This document shows positions 8,088 through 18,100 of a stretch of 64,000 nucleotides of DNA, one piece after another. Every line of letters starts with the position of its first letter. Position 1 is the stretch's first letter. Source of the stretch: an uncultured Bacilli bacterium (GTDB lineage Bacteria; Bacillota_I; Bacilli_A; RF39; UBA660); contig CALVOZ010000002.1 in the NCBI GenBank assembly GCA_944350495.1, positions 147,479-211,478 on the forward strand, given 5' to 3'. The position numbers and the translations under genes were made by a program. The notes beneath the pieces were generated by a model. That model made no database searches. It saw nothing but the letters and a program-made list of their open reading frames with translations, and was not told where the DNA came from.

Positions 8088-9236
8088 TTATTTAATATTT
8101 AAGTTTATTAATCCTTGTTTTACATATTCATTATTATTCATAATATTTAATAAATCTTTAGTAAAATAATTATATAACGCTAACATAATATTACCTTTAT
8201 CAATTCCTAAATATTCATTGCAATACCATTTTTCTCCTCCTAAATTTATACTAGTTACAAATCCATATTTACCATAACTACCAGGATAGTCTTTTCTTAG
8301 TTGTCCTAATAAATGTTCAATGCTGTTATCATATTCAATTGAACATATTAAACCTGATAAAGATATTGTTCCATCTGATTTTATTGAACTAGAGCATGGT
8401 GGCGCACCTAGACGCTGGCTATATCTTTTTTTATTGATTGTTGCTGATAACCCCCAATAACCTAATTTAAAAGTTTTATTTTTTAAATTTAAACAATACT
8501 TTTTATTAGCTAAAATAGCTAATTTAGAGTTATCGTACCAGCATATTCCATTTATATCGTATTTACCCTTAAAATTAATCCATAAATGTGAATATTGATA
8601 AGTAAATAAAGAGCCAAACCAAGAGTAAATAATTCCATCTTTCTTATTACGTTTAAATGTATAATAAACCTCATTATTAACAGGATAAGTCTTAGAACCT
8701 ACTGCTAAAATATATATAATTAATTGTTCTGCATAATTATCCCAATGACCATAAAATCTATTTTTATAACCTAAATAAAACAAATTATTTTTTTTATCTA
8801 AAAACCATTGCCAATTTGTTCTATCAAATATTTTACAAGATAAATCTTTTATTTTACCATTAAAATAATCACCAACATATAAGACACCACATAGCAAGAT
8901 AGCGGTATCAATTATTGATACTTCGCTATTTAATTCTCTTAAACCAGTATCATAATTTATATAATGATAATAAAAACCATTTTTATTTTCTAAATTAAAT
9001 ATTGTATTTAAGGTTTTTAAAGTTCTTTCATAACCTTCTTCATAAGTTATAAGATTCTTTTCAATTGCAATTGGAAGATGTGCTAAAGAATATCCGGTTG
9101 CTGATATACTGGCAATATGATTCATATTAGGATATTTATCACGAGCTAATCCATATCCTAATTCACTACTATAATTAGTATTTTCTTCAAAATAATGAAG
9201 ACATTGCATTAATTCTTCTTCTAAGATATTTTTCAT
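8088..9236 (-). CDS. Glucoamylase-like/DUF3131 protein (GH144 beta-1,2-glucanase-like)
   Basis: ASISATGYSL, GFYYHY, EVSIIDTAILLCG, YAEQL, GSLFTYQYSHLW, YWGLSA, YLGIDKG. Confidence 0.8.
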   Translation of the reverse strand: MKNILEEELMQCLHYFEENTNYSSELGYGLARDKYPNMNHIASISATGYSLAHLPIAIEKNLITYEEGYERTLKTLNTIFNLENKNGFYYHYINYDTGLRELNSEVSIIDTAILLCGVLYVGDYFNGKIKDLSCKIFDRTNWQWFLDKKNNLFYLGYKNRFYGHWDNYAEQLIIYILAVGSKTYPVNNEVYYTFKRNKKDGIIYSWFGSLFTYQYSHLWINFKGKYDINGICWYDNSKLAILANKKYCLNLKNKTFKLGYWGLSATINKKRYSQRLGAPPCSSSIKSDGTISLSGLICSIEYDNSIEHLLGQLRKDYPGSYGKYGFVTSINLGGEKWYCNEYLGIDKGNIMLALYNYFTKDLLNIMNNNEYVKQGLINLNIK

Positions 9237-9258
9237 TTACTCACCTATATGAAAAAAA

Positions 9259-9957
9259 CTAGTAAACTTCTAGTTTGTTTTCAATTAATAATACCGTAAA
9301 ATAATAGAACAACGCACTTATGCCTATTATAAATAAACGATATATCCAACCATTTAGCGCAAAAGCAGCTACAATTGAAGATAAAAATATCATGCATATA
9401 TACCACATTACAACAGCAATAATTGATATTCCTTTAGCAGTTGGGAACCATGATTTTATTAATACAAAAAAACATGTTACTGATGAAGTAAAGAATATTG
9501 ATACAATAAATAAATCAAACATAGCTGGTAATACATCGACAATATTTGAAATTGAAAATGCTTTCAAAATAAACTCTATTGCATTTGGAAATGAATCTAA
9601 GCGCCAAATAATTATAAAGAAACAAATGAACAATAAAATCACACATACTATATTTAAAATAAAAGCTAAAAAATATTTTGCTAACAAGATTTTATATGGT
9701 GGAAAAGCAATCATACTTTCTAACATAAATGTTGGTTTTTTAAATGTATCTATCACTTTTTTAGTTCCAAATAGAAACATTCCAATAAAAAGGGCAAATA
9801 TTAATAATATAAAAGCAAATAAAGCTCCCATATTGATTGCATTTTCACTTCGAAATGGCATAATTAACATTAATAGTAAAATTATACCAATTATCATTAA
9901 TAATTTTGTATAGTGCTTAAACAATGATTTCATTTCCCATTTTATGTATTTAAACAT
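9259..9957 (-). CDS. ABC-2-type permease
   Basis: About 6 TM helices, YIKWEMK start, KILLAKY motif; overlaps the ATPase gene; start refined to ATG at 9957. Confidence 0.75.
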   Translation of the reverse strand: MFKYIKWEMKSLFKHYTKLLMIIGIILLLMLIMPFRSENAINMGALFAFILLIFALFIGMFLFGTKKVIDTFKKPTFMLESMIAFPPYKILLAKYFLAFILNIVCVILLFICFFIIIWRLDSFPNAIEFILKAFSISNIVDVLPAMFDLFIVSIFFTSSVTCFFVLIKSWFPTAKGISIIAVVMWYICMIFLSSIVAAFALNGWIYRLFIIGISALFYYFTVLLIENKLEVY

Positions 9958-10648
9958 TACTAAACACCTCCAAATAATATTGTTCAAGACTCTTTCCAGA
10001 CTCTAAAATTGAACTCTTTGGAGCATAGCATTCAATAACTCCTTCTTTTAAAAAGATAACTTCATCTAATATTTCTTCAGTATCTTTGATTAAATGAGTT
10101 GATATAATAATTAAATTATTTGGAGTTGAAGACATCTTAATTACACTTAACATTTCATGTTTAACTAAAGGATCTAAACTTCCTAATGGTTCATCTAACA
10201 AGTAAATAGGAACATTTCTTGATAAAGTTAACATAAGAGCAACTTTCTCTATATTACCTTTGGATAATGTTTTTATTTCTGAATTCAAATCTAAGTTTAA
10301 TTTTTTACAAAAATCAAAAGCTTTATTCATATCAAAATCAGTAAACATATCACGATAATAGTTTATAGCATCCATTACTCGCATTGTAGGATATAAATAT
10401 TCTCTATCCGGCATAAATGAAACATATTTTCTTGTTTCATAGCTTGCTGGAATACCACATATATTAACAGTTCCTTGTTGTTGTCTAATAATACGCATAA
10501 TTGTTTTTAATAAAGTTGTCTTACCAGAACCATTTGGTCCTAAAAGTCCAATAATTCTTCCGCTATTTAATGTTATAGAAACATTGTTAAGAGCAACTTT
10601 ATTCCCGTATAATTTATATACGCCATTTAATTGAATTAAATTGTTCAT
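9950..10648 (-). CDS. ABC transporter ATP-binding protein (YtrB/YhcG-type)
   Basis: GPNGSGKT, LSKGN, LLDEP, ISTH; start refined to ATG at 10648 with RBS GGAGGT. Confidence 0.93.
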   Translation of the reverse strand: MNNLIQLNGVYKLYGNKVALNNVSITLNSGRIIGLLGPNGSGKTTLLKTIMRIIRQQQGTVNICGIPASYETRKYVSFMPDREYLYPTMRVMDAINYYRDMFTDFDMNKAFDFCKKLNLDLNSEIKTLSKGNIEKVALMLTLSRNVPIYLLDEPLGSLDPLVKHEMLSVIKMSSTPNNLIIISTHLIKDTEEILDEVIFLKEGVIECYAPKSSILESGKSLEQYYLEVFSNV

Positions 10649-10680
10649 AACTACCTCCAATATAATTCTATCACGATTAA

Positions 10681-11127
10681 TTATAAATTCAAAATATAAA
10701 TTGAAATATTCAAGATAGTAGCAAAAGAGGACCATAATAAATATGGAATTTGTAAATAAGCGGCTAATTTATTTATTTTTAAATATCTATATATTAATAC
10801 AAGTAGTACAGTTTCTAAACATATAATCCAAATACTTGATAATAAGAGTTGTTCAAAAATAAAGAAAATTATAGGCCACATCAAATTTATAAATAATTGA
10901 GTATTATATATTGTATTAACCTCTAAATCATTATTATTATCTTTTTTTATCATATAATGTGATATTCCCATTACTAAGTAAAGTATTGACCAAACAATTG
11001 GAAATAACCAGGCTGGAGGCGCAAATGGTGGCAATATTAATGTCTCATAAAATGAATAACTATCTTTTAATAAAAATCCTACAATTCCTCCCAATATAAG
11101 CGGAATAAATATTGTAAATTTTTTCAT
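10681..11127 (-). CDS. tspO: TspO/MBR tryptophan-rich sensory protein
   Basis: PPFAPPAWLFPIVWSILY, QLFINLMWPIIFF, PYLLWSSFATILN. Confidence 0.92.
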   Translation of the reverse strand: MKKFTIFIPLILGGIVGFLLKDSYSFYETLILPPFAPPAWLFPIVWSILYLVMGISHYMIKKDNNNDLEVNTIYNTQLFINLMWPIIFFIFEQLLLSSIWIICLETVLLVLIYRYLKINKLAAYLQIPYLLWSSFATILNISIYILNL

Positions 11128-11256
11128 ATTCTCACCTCTACTTATAGCATATATCTTTATTTAAAAATTATGTAAAATTTACAAATTAACTTTAAAAGTT
11201 TTTCATAATTATTGATTTATATATTTTTATTTGCTAAATTAATTTAAGGTGATAGT

Positions 11257-11676
11257 ATGTTTTGTCCAAAATGTGGAACTCAAAATAACGGAGGAAATTT
11301 TTGTATTGCATGTGGTAATCCACTAAATATTGATAAGCAAGCACAAATACCGTCAGGTAATCAAATAACATTTAATCAAACTAACCAAAACAATATAGCT
11401 ACTGGTCAGTTAATTTTAAGAAGAAACGGGAAGGTTATGGGATTTGCAATTGATATTCATATTACAATCAATGGTGTTCCATATAAATTGAAAGCTGGGG
11501 ATAATTTAACTTTTAATTTATCGCCAGGTAATTATCAAATAACATATAAAGTATGGTGCAGACGAGAAAAAGCTGTTTCAATTAATGTAATTCCAGGCAA
11601 CTATTATATTTTAGATTTTGTCTATGACCCACTATGGGGAGGATTTAAACTGGGAAAGGAAAGTAAATTACAATAA
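11257..11676 (+). CDS. Zinc-ribbon protein with small beta-sandwich domain
   Basis: MFCPKCG...FCIACG followed by a beta-rich domain (LSPGNYQI). Confidence 0.75.
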   Translation: MFCPKCGTQNNGGNFCIACGNPLNIDKQAQIPSGNQITFNQTNQNNIATGQLILRRNGKVMGFAIDIHITINGVPYKLKAGDNLTFNLSPGNYQITYKVWCRREKAVSINVIPGNYYILDFVYDPLWGGFKLGKESKLQ

Positions 11677-11686
11677 AAAGGAGCAT

Positions 11687-12280
11687 CTAGCTCCTTTTTT
11701 TTAGTTCTTCTTTTAAACCTTTTAAAGCTCTAAAGCGATGAGAAACTTTATTCTTTGCTTCTTCACTAGCCTCACCAAAAGTTACACCTAAATCATCAGA
11801 TAAGAATATACAATCATATCCAAAATCTTTTTTTCCTCTTTCATCATCAATAATAGTGCCATAGGTTTTTCCTTCTTTATAAATATATGAATTCATATCT
11901 TCTAAATATACTAATGTACATGTAAAATATGCTTTTCTTTTTTTATCCTTTAACTCTTTTAATAGTTTTGCTCGATTAGCTGCTGAATCATCATGAACAC
12001 CAGCATAACGTGCACTATAAACTCCAGGTGCTAAATCAATTGCTTCGCAGCACAATCCACTATCATCAGCTAAAACTGGATAATCTAAACCTTTTTCTAT
12101 TAAATATTTTTTTACAGTTTTAGCTTTTATTAAAGCATTTTCTAAAAAAGTTGATCCGCTTTCTTCTATTTCATCATTATAATCAATATCTTTTAAAGTT
12201 AATATTTCAACATCATTAAATATCATTTTAATTTCTTTTATTTTATGTTTATTATTCGAAGCTAACACTACCTTTTTCAT
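11687..12280 (-). CDS. rdgB: Non-canonical purine NTP pyrophosphatase (RdgB/HAM1)
   Basis: ASNNKHK, ADDSGL, PGVYSARY, FGYD, SHR. Confidence 0.95.
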   Translation of the reverse strand: MKKVVLASNNKHKIKEIKMIFNDVEILTLKDIDYNDEIEESGSTFLENALIKAKTVKKYLIEKGLDYPVLADDSGLCCEAIDLAPGVYSARYAGVHDDSAANRAKLLKELKDKKRKAYFTCTLVYLEDMNSYIYKEGKTYGTIIDDERGKKDFGYDCIFLSDDLGVTFGEASEEAKNKVSHRFRALKGLKEELKKRS

Positions 12281-12289
12281 AAATTTCTC

Positions 12290-12817
12290 CTATACTAATT
12301 TTACTTTTTTTATCTTGCTATAAATAAGAGCAAAGATTAACATTAAAACAACTTCAATAAAAATAATTTGCCATTGCTTTAAAGAAGTGATGGCAGCAAT
12401 TTCAGATGAATATGTAATCATACCAATGGATATACTTTTAGCAAATATAGCAATTGACATTAAAATCTTTAATGGGACTCCACCCAATGCAGAACCAACG
12501 CAAACAATTTCATCTGGTAATATTGGTATAGCAAATAAAATACCCGTTGTCAAAAAAGGATTAATTGAAATCAACTTTTGATATTTTTGATAATTAGAAC
12601 TATTTTTGAATTTTAATAAATACTTTTCTCCTAAATAAAAAGACAATTTGTACATTAAGATAATACCACTTAGAATACCAATTAAACCAACAACAAAAGC
12701 CACATGTGAGCCCAAAGAAACAGATCCCATTAGTATTGTACTAGCCTCTGGTAAAGGTAAACAAATTGGCTGAAAAATACACATTATAAAGAAAATTAAA
12801 CATCTCAATCCCGTCAC
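12290..12817 (-). CDS. TVP38/TMEM64 (VTT/DedA-like) membrane protein
   Basis: QPICLPLPE and AIPILPDEIVC re-entrant-helix motifs. The start may be TTG at 12808. Confidence 0.75.
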   Translation of the reverse strand: MTGLRCLIFFIMCIFQPICLPLPEASTILMGSVSLGSHVAFVVGLIGILSGIILMYKLSFYLGEKYLLKFKNSSNYQKYQKLISINPFLTTGILFAIPILPDEIVCVGSALGGVPLKILMSIAIFAKSISIGMITYSSEIAAITSLKQWQIIFIEVVLMLIFALIYSKIKKVKLV

Positions 12818-12997
12818 CTACAATAATTATATTATAAATTTTAAAAATTAAAAAAATTGCCAATTTTTATAATTAATCTTAAATTTAACTGTTTTAAATC
12901 ATAGTTTTAATGCTAGTAAATAAGTTTATCTATAAGTCTCATATATTATTATATAAATTATAAGTAAATACACTAATATAATTGTAACATAAAAAAG

Positions 12998-13951
12998 CTA
13001 ATCTAGAATTGATTCAATAATATATCTTGGTCTTTGTTTTGCTTCATTATATAACTTGCCTATATATTCCCCTATCACTCCTAAGCATAAAGTTTGAATA
13101 CCTCCTATTAGCCAAATTGAGCAAACAATAAAAGTCCAGCCAGACACAGTATTACCAACTATTTTCATAACTATAGAATAAATTAATACAACAAAACTGA
13201 TAAGCAATAACAAAAAACCAATTGATGTAATCATCCTTAATGGTTTAATACTAAAAGAAGTAATTCCGTCTAAAGCAAATGCTAACATCTTCTTTAAAGG
13301 ATATTTAGATTTACCCGCAATTCGTTTATTACGCTCATAATAAGCAATATCTGTTTTATATCCAATTTGTGGAACAATGCCTCTTAAAAACAAATTTACT
13401 TCTTTATAATTACTTAATCCTTCCAAAGCTCTTTTACTCATTAATCGACAATCAGCATGATTGAAAACTACTTCAACCCCCATTAAATTCATAAATTTAT
13501 AAAAACCTTCAGCAGTAAACCGTTTAAAAAAAGAATCCTTTTTACGTGAATTACGAACACCATAAACAATGTCTGCTCCAGCATTGTATTTGGCAATCAT
13601 ATCATCAATAACGTTAATGTCATCTTGTAAATCAGCATCCATACTAATACTTATATCAGCATGCTCTTTAGCATACATTAATCCTGCCAATAAAGCATTT
13701 TGATGCCCTCGATTACGAGATAAATTAACCCCAACATACATTTCATTACTTTCATGAAACTCTTTTATTATCTCCCATGTTCTATCCTTAGAACCATCAT
13801 TTACAAAAATGACTTTACTATTATTACTAATTAAATTTTTATTCATTAATTCTTTCATTTTTAAATCTAGTTGTTTCTTAGTAAAACCTAAAGCATCTTC
13901 TTCATTGTAACATGGAATAACTAAATTTAAAATCAAATTACACTTCTTCAT
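12998..13951 (-). CDS. GtrB/YkcC-like polyprenyl-phosphate glycosyltransferase (GT2)
   Basis: VIPCYNEE, VNDGSKD, NRGHQNA, MDADLQD, GEYIG...RPRYII and two C-terminal TM helices; start refined. Confidence 0.93.
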   Translation of the reverse strand: MKKCNLILNLVIPCYNEEDALGFTKKQLDLKMKELMNKNLISNNSKVIFVNDGSKDRTWEIIKEFHESNEMYVGVNLSRNRGHQNALLAGLMYAKEHADISISMDADLQDDINVIDDMIAKYNAGADIVYGVRNSRKKDSFFKRFTAEGFYKFMNLMGVEVVFNHADCRLMSKRALEGLSNYKEVNLFLRGIVPQIGYKTDIAYYERNKRIAGKSKYPLKKMLAFALDGITSFSIKPLRMITSIGFLLLLISFVVLIYSIVMKIVGNTVSGWTFIVCSIWLIGGIQTLCLGVIGEYIGKLYNEAKQRPRYIIESILD

Positions 13952-16007
13952 CAAATGCCTTCTCCCCTCTAAATAAAGCCACATATTCTAAAAACATTAT
14001 TAAAATACAAATTATTATATATTCAGGAATAGTATATATTCCCCTTTTTTCTAAATTAATAATTTCAAATAGTAAATCACTAGCCTGTTCCTCACCATTA
14101 ACAATTAGTTTACCGCTTGGATAAAAATCAAATTCTGTTTTAAAAACGCTAGCTATTTCCAATTGTCCTTCATCAGAAGTAGTAAGTCTAATTGTATAAA
14201 TTCCTTCATTGTATTGTTTATCTAAATTGAAAGTTGTAACTCCATCTTGTATTTCTTCATCAATAAAATTTGTTTGGTAAATTTTTTTGCCAGATTCATT
14301 AACTAATTCCAATTTATAAATACTATCATCTAATTCATCATTATTAAAAGTTAAGTTAATAATATTAAATTTACTATTCAAAGTTAGAGTTTGCTCTAAA
14401 TTTACATTTTTATTTAGTTCAACATAAAGAATTTTTTTAGTGGTATCCTTAGAAACAATATTAGTCCTTAATGTTTCATCAGTATATTTATTAAAATTTA
14501 AAATCAAAATAACTATTGTTGAAAGAATTATTAAATATTTAGACCACTTATATTTATATTTTATATATTCACCAAATTTAAGCTTATCGTAAGAATAACT
14601 ACCTAAAATAATTAGCCATGGCAAAAATGATAAGCTATAACGAGGAGATGCTTCCCATATTAAGTAAAAGAAAACTGCTCCAAAAATAGCAATAGCTATA
14701 ATTGATTTTTCTTTCCTTTTCAATAACAAACATAAACTAATAATGGTACCAATTAAAGTCCCTAATTTAGATATTTGTAATATATAATTTAAAACTAAGT
14801 TTTTATCTTCTACTAAGTATCGATAAGAAATATTATAATCATCAACCAACTCTAAATATTTTTGATAACTGTAATCCCCTTTTGACCAAACCGCATTTAA
14901 TTTGTTAATATATAATTTTAGTAAACCAAATGGTCCCAAATCCTTAATACGCTTTTTTATTTCTGAAATATTTAACTCAATTCTCTCTTCTACATTATTA
15001 GCATTATCACTTAAATAAAAATCGTCTTGACTATAATAACCATTATTTTTTTCATTTAGTCCCATCATTATCCAATGAGTTACAGGAAATTCGGCCTTAT
15101 AATCAATATCAGTAAAAACCGTTTTTTCAATATATTTTGTTCCTAAAAATGTTAAAAAAACTGCTATAAATATTGGAATTACCTTAGTAGTTATTCTTTT
15201 TAAATTTAAACTAATAAAAATATAGACTAAATACGCAATTAAAATAAAAATTGAAACAGCTCTAATTTTATAGGCTATAACACTTAAAAATCCAATCAAT
15301 AATCCATATAAAATGTTATTTTTTATTTCATCATTTTTGCGCGTTTTTACTACTAGATATATTAAAATACTAACCCATGGTAACATTAAAATATCTGTAT
15401 AATAATAAGATACATATAAATAAAAGATTGGAGATAAAACACATATAAACAGGCTTAAAATTGCTTTATCAATGTCACTTATTTCCTTAACTGTTTTATA
15501 CGTGAAGTAGGACATAATTATAATACTAATACAACTAAGAAAGTTATAAAGTAAATGACCATACTCTGGATTAATTCTTTGTAAATTATATAAAATTATA
15601 ACCAAAAATCGATTATTTGGATAAACAGAAAAATAATGATTATTAATAATTGTTCCTGTCTCATTTAAACCGTTTATTGCTGATATAATATGAATTAAAT
15701 CAACTTTAGGTACACTTTTTATAAAAATAGTACTAATAGTTAATAAAAAAAACTGCATTAACAATAAAATGGCTACAGTAACTTTTTTCTTTTTATCAGA
15801 TAACCTAATTACAAATTTATATAACTTATAAATTAATAATAAATAAATAATTATTCCTATAATAAGTACCAATGGATTCAAATAACAATAGCTTCGATTT
15901 ACATAAAAAAATACTCCACCTATGGTAGCACTTGTTAAGCATACAATAGTAAAGATTAATAAAACCTTATACCCAATATCAATAATCTTATTTACGTTCT
16001 TCTTCAT
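13938..16007 (-). CDS. Polytopic GT-C-fold glycosyltransferase (GtrC-like) with C-terminal extracellular domain
   Basis: More than 10 TM helices; YFSVYPNN, YYTD, THWIMMGLN, WEASPRY; lies between gtrA and gtrB. Confidence 0.7.
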   Translation of the reverse strand: MKKNVNKIIDIGYKVLLIFTIVCLTSATIGGVFFYVNRSYCYLNPLVLIIGIIIYLLLIYKLYKFVIRLSDKKKKVTVAILLLMQFFLLTISTIFIKSVPKVDLIHIISAINGLNETGTIINNHYFSVYPNNRFLVIILYNLQRINPEYGHLLYNFLSCISIIIMSYFTYKTVKEISDIDKAILSLFICVLSPIFYLYVSYYYTDILMLPWVSILIYLVVKTRKNDEIKNNILYGLLIGFLSVIAYKIRAVSIFILIAYLVYIFISLNLKRITTKVIPIFIAVFLTFLGTKYIEKTVFTDIDYKAEFPVTHWIMMGLNEKNNGYYSQDDFYLSDNANNVEERIELNISEIKKRIKDLGPFGLLKLYINKLNAVWSKGDYSYQKYLELVDDYNISYRYLVEDKNLVLNYILQISKLGTLIGTIISLCLLLKRKEKSIIAIAIFGAVFFYLIWEASPRYSLSFLPWLIILGSYSYDKLKFGEYIKYKYKWSKYLIILSTIVILILNFNKYTDETLRTNIVSKDTTKKILYVELNKNVNLEQTLTLNSKFNIINLTFNNDELDDSIYKLELVNESGKKIYQTNFIDEEIQDGVTTFNLDKQYNEGIYTIRLTTSDEGQLEIASVFKTEFDFYPSGKLIVNGEEQASDLLFEIINLEKRGIYTIPEYIIICILIMFLEYVALFRGEKAFDEEV

Positions 16008-16419
16008 AACTATCCTTCTTAAAAACTATTATCTTACTTAATATATAATTTCCAATTATAACTAATACTTGACTAATCAACTTTACTATTTTATCATTAA
16101 AGTACAAAAGTGATACTCCTATAAACATTACTAACATATCTAAGATTAACGTTGATATACGGGCACTCACAAAAGTAAAAAATTCTTTTTTCTTATTTTG
16201 ATTAGTACTATTAAAAACAAATTTACGATTAGTAAAGTATGCAAATAATACTCCTATACACCAAGATAAGATATTAGCAATTTGTAATTCTAAATTAAGT
16301 TTTGGATCTAATATTATAATCGTTAAAACATAATAAGCAATCAAACTAACTACAGTTGTTAAAACTCCAAAGATTAAATAATTAATTATTTCTTGATACT
16401 GTCTATATAATTTTAACAC
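15988..16419 (-). CDS. GtrA-family flippase
   Basis: YLIFGVLTTVV, ANILSW, FAYFTNRKFVF, NYILSKIIVF. Confidence 0.92.
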   Translation of the reverse strand: MLKLYRQYQEIINYLIFGVLTTVVSLIAYYVLTIIILDPKLNLELQIANILSWCIGVLFAYFTNRKFVFNSTNQNKKKEFFTFVSARISTLILDMLVMFIGVSLLYFNDKIVKLISQVLVIIGNYILSKIIVFKKDSYEEERK

Positions 16420-16989
16420 TTAAATTCACCAACTTCTTATATATAATTTCATATTTTAGAATACGTTTTCAACTGTACTTTTCGCTTGATTTGAGCAATC
16501 TAGATAATATAAAGAAATAATAATATAATTTTCATTTAAAATCTCCGTTGATTTAGCAAACGTCTTTTGTAAAATTTTCTAAAACCAAAGTCCAAATATT
16601 ATTTAGACAATAAATAATTTCATTACTAGTACACATTATAGCAGTTGTTATATATTATCAATATTATTTATTTTTCCTTGAAATAACTTAATAAAAATTA
16701 CCTACTTAAAGCTACAAAAATTATATCATTATTGACAAAATAATACAACAACAATAACTTCATAATAACATTTAAAATGACATATAAAATTTATTCTTAA
16801 AAACTTTAAAAAATGATGGCTTTAAAGATGATTTAGAAGTCTTTTTAATTTATAATTATTCAAATGGCACATTATAATTTAGCTATACTTATTATATTGT
16901 AATATTGTACACTATTTGTTTTTTATATTAGCCATTTTATATATTTATAAAAAAGAAGAACATTACCTCGTTCTTTTTTTACTTATAAA

Positions 16990-17066
16990 TGGGGCGCGAT
17001 AAGGGGATCGAACCCTTGCATAACGGAACCACAATCCGCCGTGTTAACCACTTCACCAATCACGCC
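16990..17066 (-). tRNA. tRNA-His (GUG)
   Basis: Cloverleaf GGCGTGATTGGTGAAGTGGTTAACACGGCGGATTGTGGTTCCGTTATGCAAGGGTTCGATCCCCTTATCGCGCCCCA; anticodon GTG; encoded G-1:C73 pair and CCA end. Confidence 0.97.
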
Positions 17067-17126
17067 ATGTGCAAATTACATACTCAATTATACCATAAAT
17101 ATTTTAAATTGCAAGTATTTATTAAG

Positions 17127-17155
17127 ATAACAAAATATTTTATTTATCATATTAT
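17127..17155 (+). promoter_or_regulatory. Candidate sigma-E promoter of cotJ
   Basis: ATA-18 bp-CATATTAT fits the sigma-E consensus ATA-N16-18-CATAcanT; cotJ is sigma-E dependent in Bacillus. Confidence 0.4.
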
Positions 17156-17171
17156 ACAATGAGGTGAATTT

Positions 17172-17528
17172 ATGTATAATAGTACTGAAAAATTATTTGA
17201 ACCTTATCAAGGATTCATTAGAGGTAATATGTTCAAAAATTTATATGATGGTTATGGACCTGTTTATGATATTAATCCTATGAATGAACAAGCAGAATTA
17301 TTAACATATTTAGATATGTTTGAATTTGCAATGATTGATATTGGTCTTTACTTAGATGTTTTTCCCAATGATAAAGAAATGGTTAATTTATATAATAATT
17401 TAAAGAGTGAGAAAAAGAAAATTTTAGATAAATATGAAAAGGATTATAATTCATTATCATTAGATAGTGATGATTTGAATAAAATGCCATGGGATTGGAA
17501 TAAAAATCCATGGCCATGGGAGGGTTAA
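17172..17528 (+). CDS. cotJB: Spore coat protein CotJB, with a CotJA-like N-terminal segment
   Basis: FAMIDIGLYLDVFPND, YEKDYNSL, WDWNKNPWPWE; N-terminal LFEPYQGFIRGNMFKNLY. Confidence 0.88.
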   Translation: MYNSTEKLFEPYQGFIRGNMFKNLYDGYGPVYDINPMNEQAELLTYLDMFEFAMIDIGLYLDVFPNDKEMVNLYNNLKSEKKKILDKYEKDYNSLSLDSDDLNKMPWDWNKNPWPWEG

Positions 17529-17529
17529 T

Positions 17530-18090
17530 ATGTTCAAATATTGTAAAAAAATGGAATATCCTATAAATATTAAAAACAAAGACTTAAAAATGGCCAAGAA
17601 TTTATTAGCGCAATATGGTGGACCTGATGGTGAATGGGCTGCAGCTATGCGTTATTTAAATCAAAGATTTTCTATGCCAGATGAAAGAGGAAAGTCATTG
17701 CTTACTGATATAGGTACTGAAGAAATGAATCATGTTGAAATGATTGCTGCCATGGTTGAGCAATTAATGCAAGGCGCTACTAAAAGAGAATTAGACGAAG
17801 CAGGACTTACTGCCAATTATGTTCAGCACGATCACACTCTTTTTCCGGTGGATGCTAATGGTGTACCTTTTACTTCGGCGTACATTGAAACAACTGGTGA
17901 TTATATTGCTGATTTAACTTCTGATATGGCAGCAGAGCAAAGAGCAAGAGCCACTTATGAACATTTGATGACCTTAACTAAAGATCCAGATGTCTTAGGG
18001 CCACTTTCTTTTCTTAGACAAAGAGAAGTTGTTCATTTTATCCGGTTTAAAGAGTTAAAGGAATATTATGAAAAAAACATGAATAATTAA
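17530..18090 (+). CDS. cotJC: Spore coat manganese catalase CotJC
   Basis: QYGGPDGE, DIGTEEMNHVE, DMAAEQRAR, FLRQREVVHF. Confidence 0.93.
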   Translation: MFKYCKKMEYPINIKNKDLKMAKNLLAQYGGPDGEWAAAMRYLNQRFSMPDERGKSLLTDIGTEEMNHVEMIAAMVEQLMQGATKRELDEAGLTANYVQHDHTLFPVDANGVPFTSAYIETTGDYIADLTSDMAAEQRARATYEHLMTLTKDPDVLGPLSFLRQREVVHFIRFKELKEYYEKNMNN

Positions 18091-18100
18091 ATTCATGTTT

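Noticed and set aside
4142-9913. Plus-strand ORFs 4142-4732, 4877-5062, 5836-6048, 7556-8011 and 9320-9913
   Set aside because: Antisense or alternative-frame shadows of well-supported genes; composition reflects reverse codon bias and they lack RBSs.
16420-16989. Small ORFs in the spacer (e.g. MKIILLFLYII at 16535, minus strand)
   Set aside because: About 20 codons or fewer, expected by chance in AT-rich DNA; they could be gene remnants but cannot be supported.
12818-16990. Prophage or integrative element at tRNA-His
   Set aside because: No integrase, phage genes or duplicated tRNA 3' end seen.
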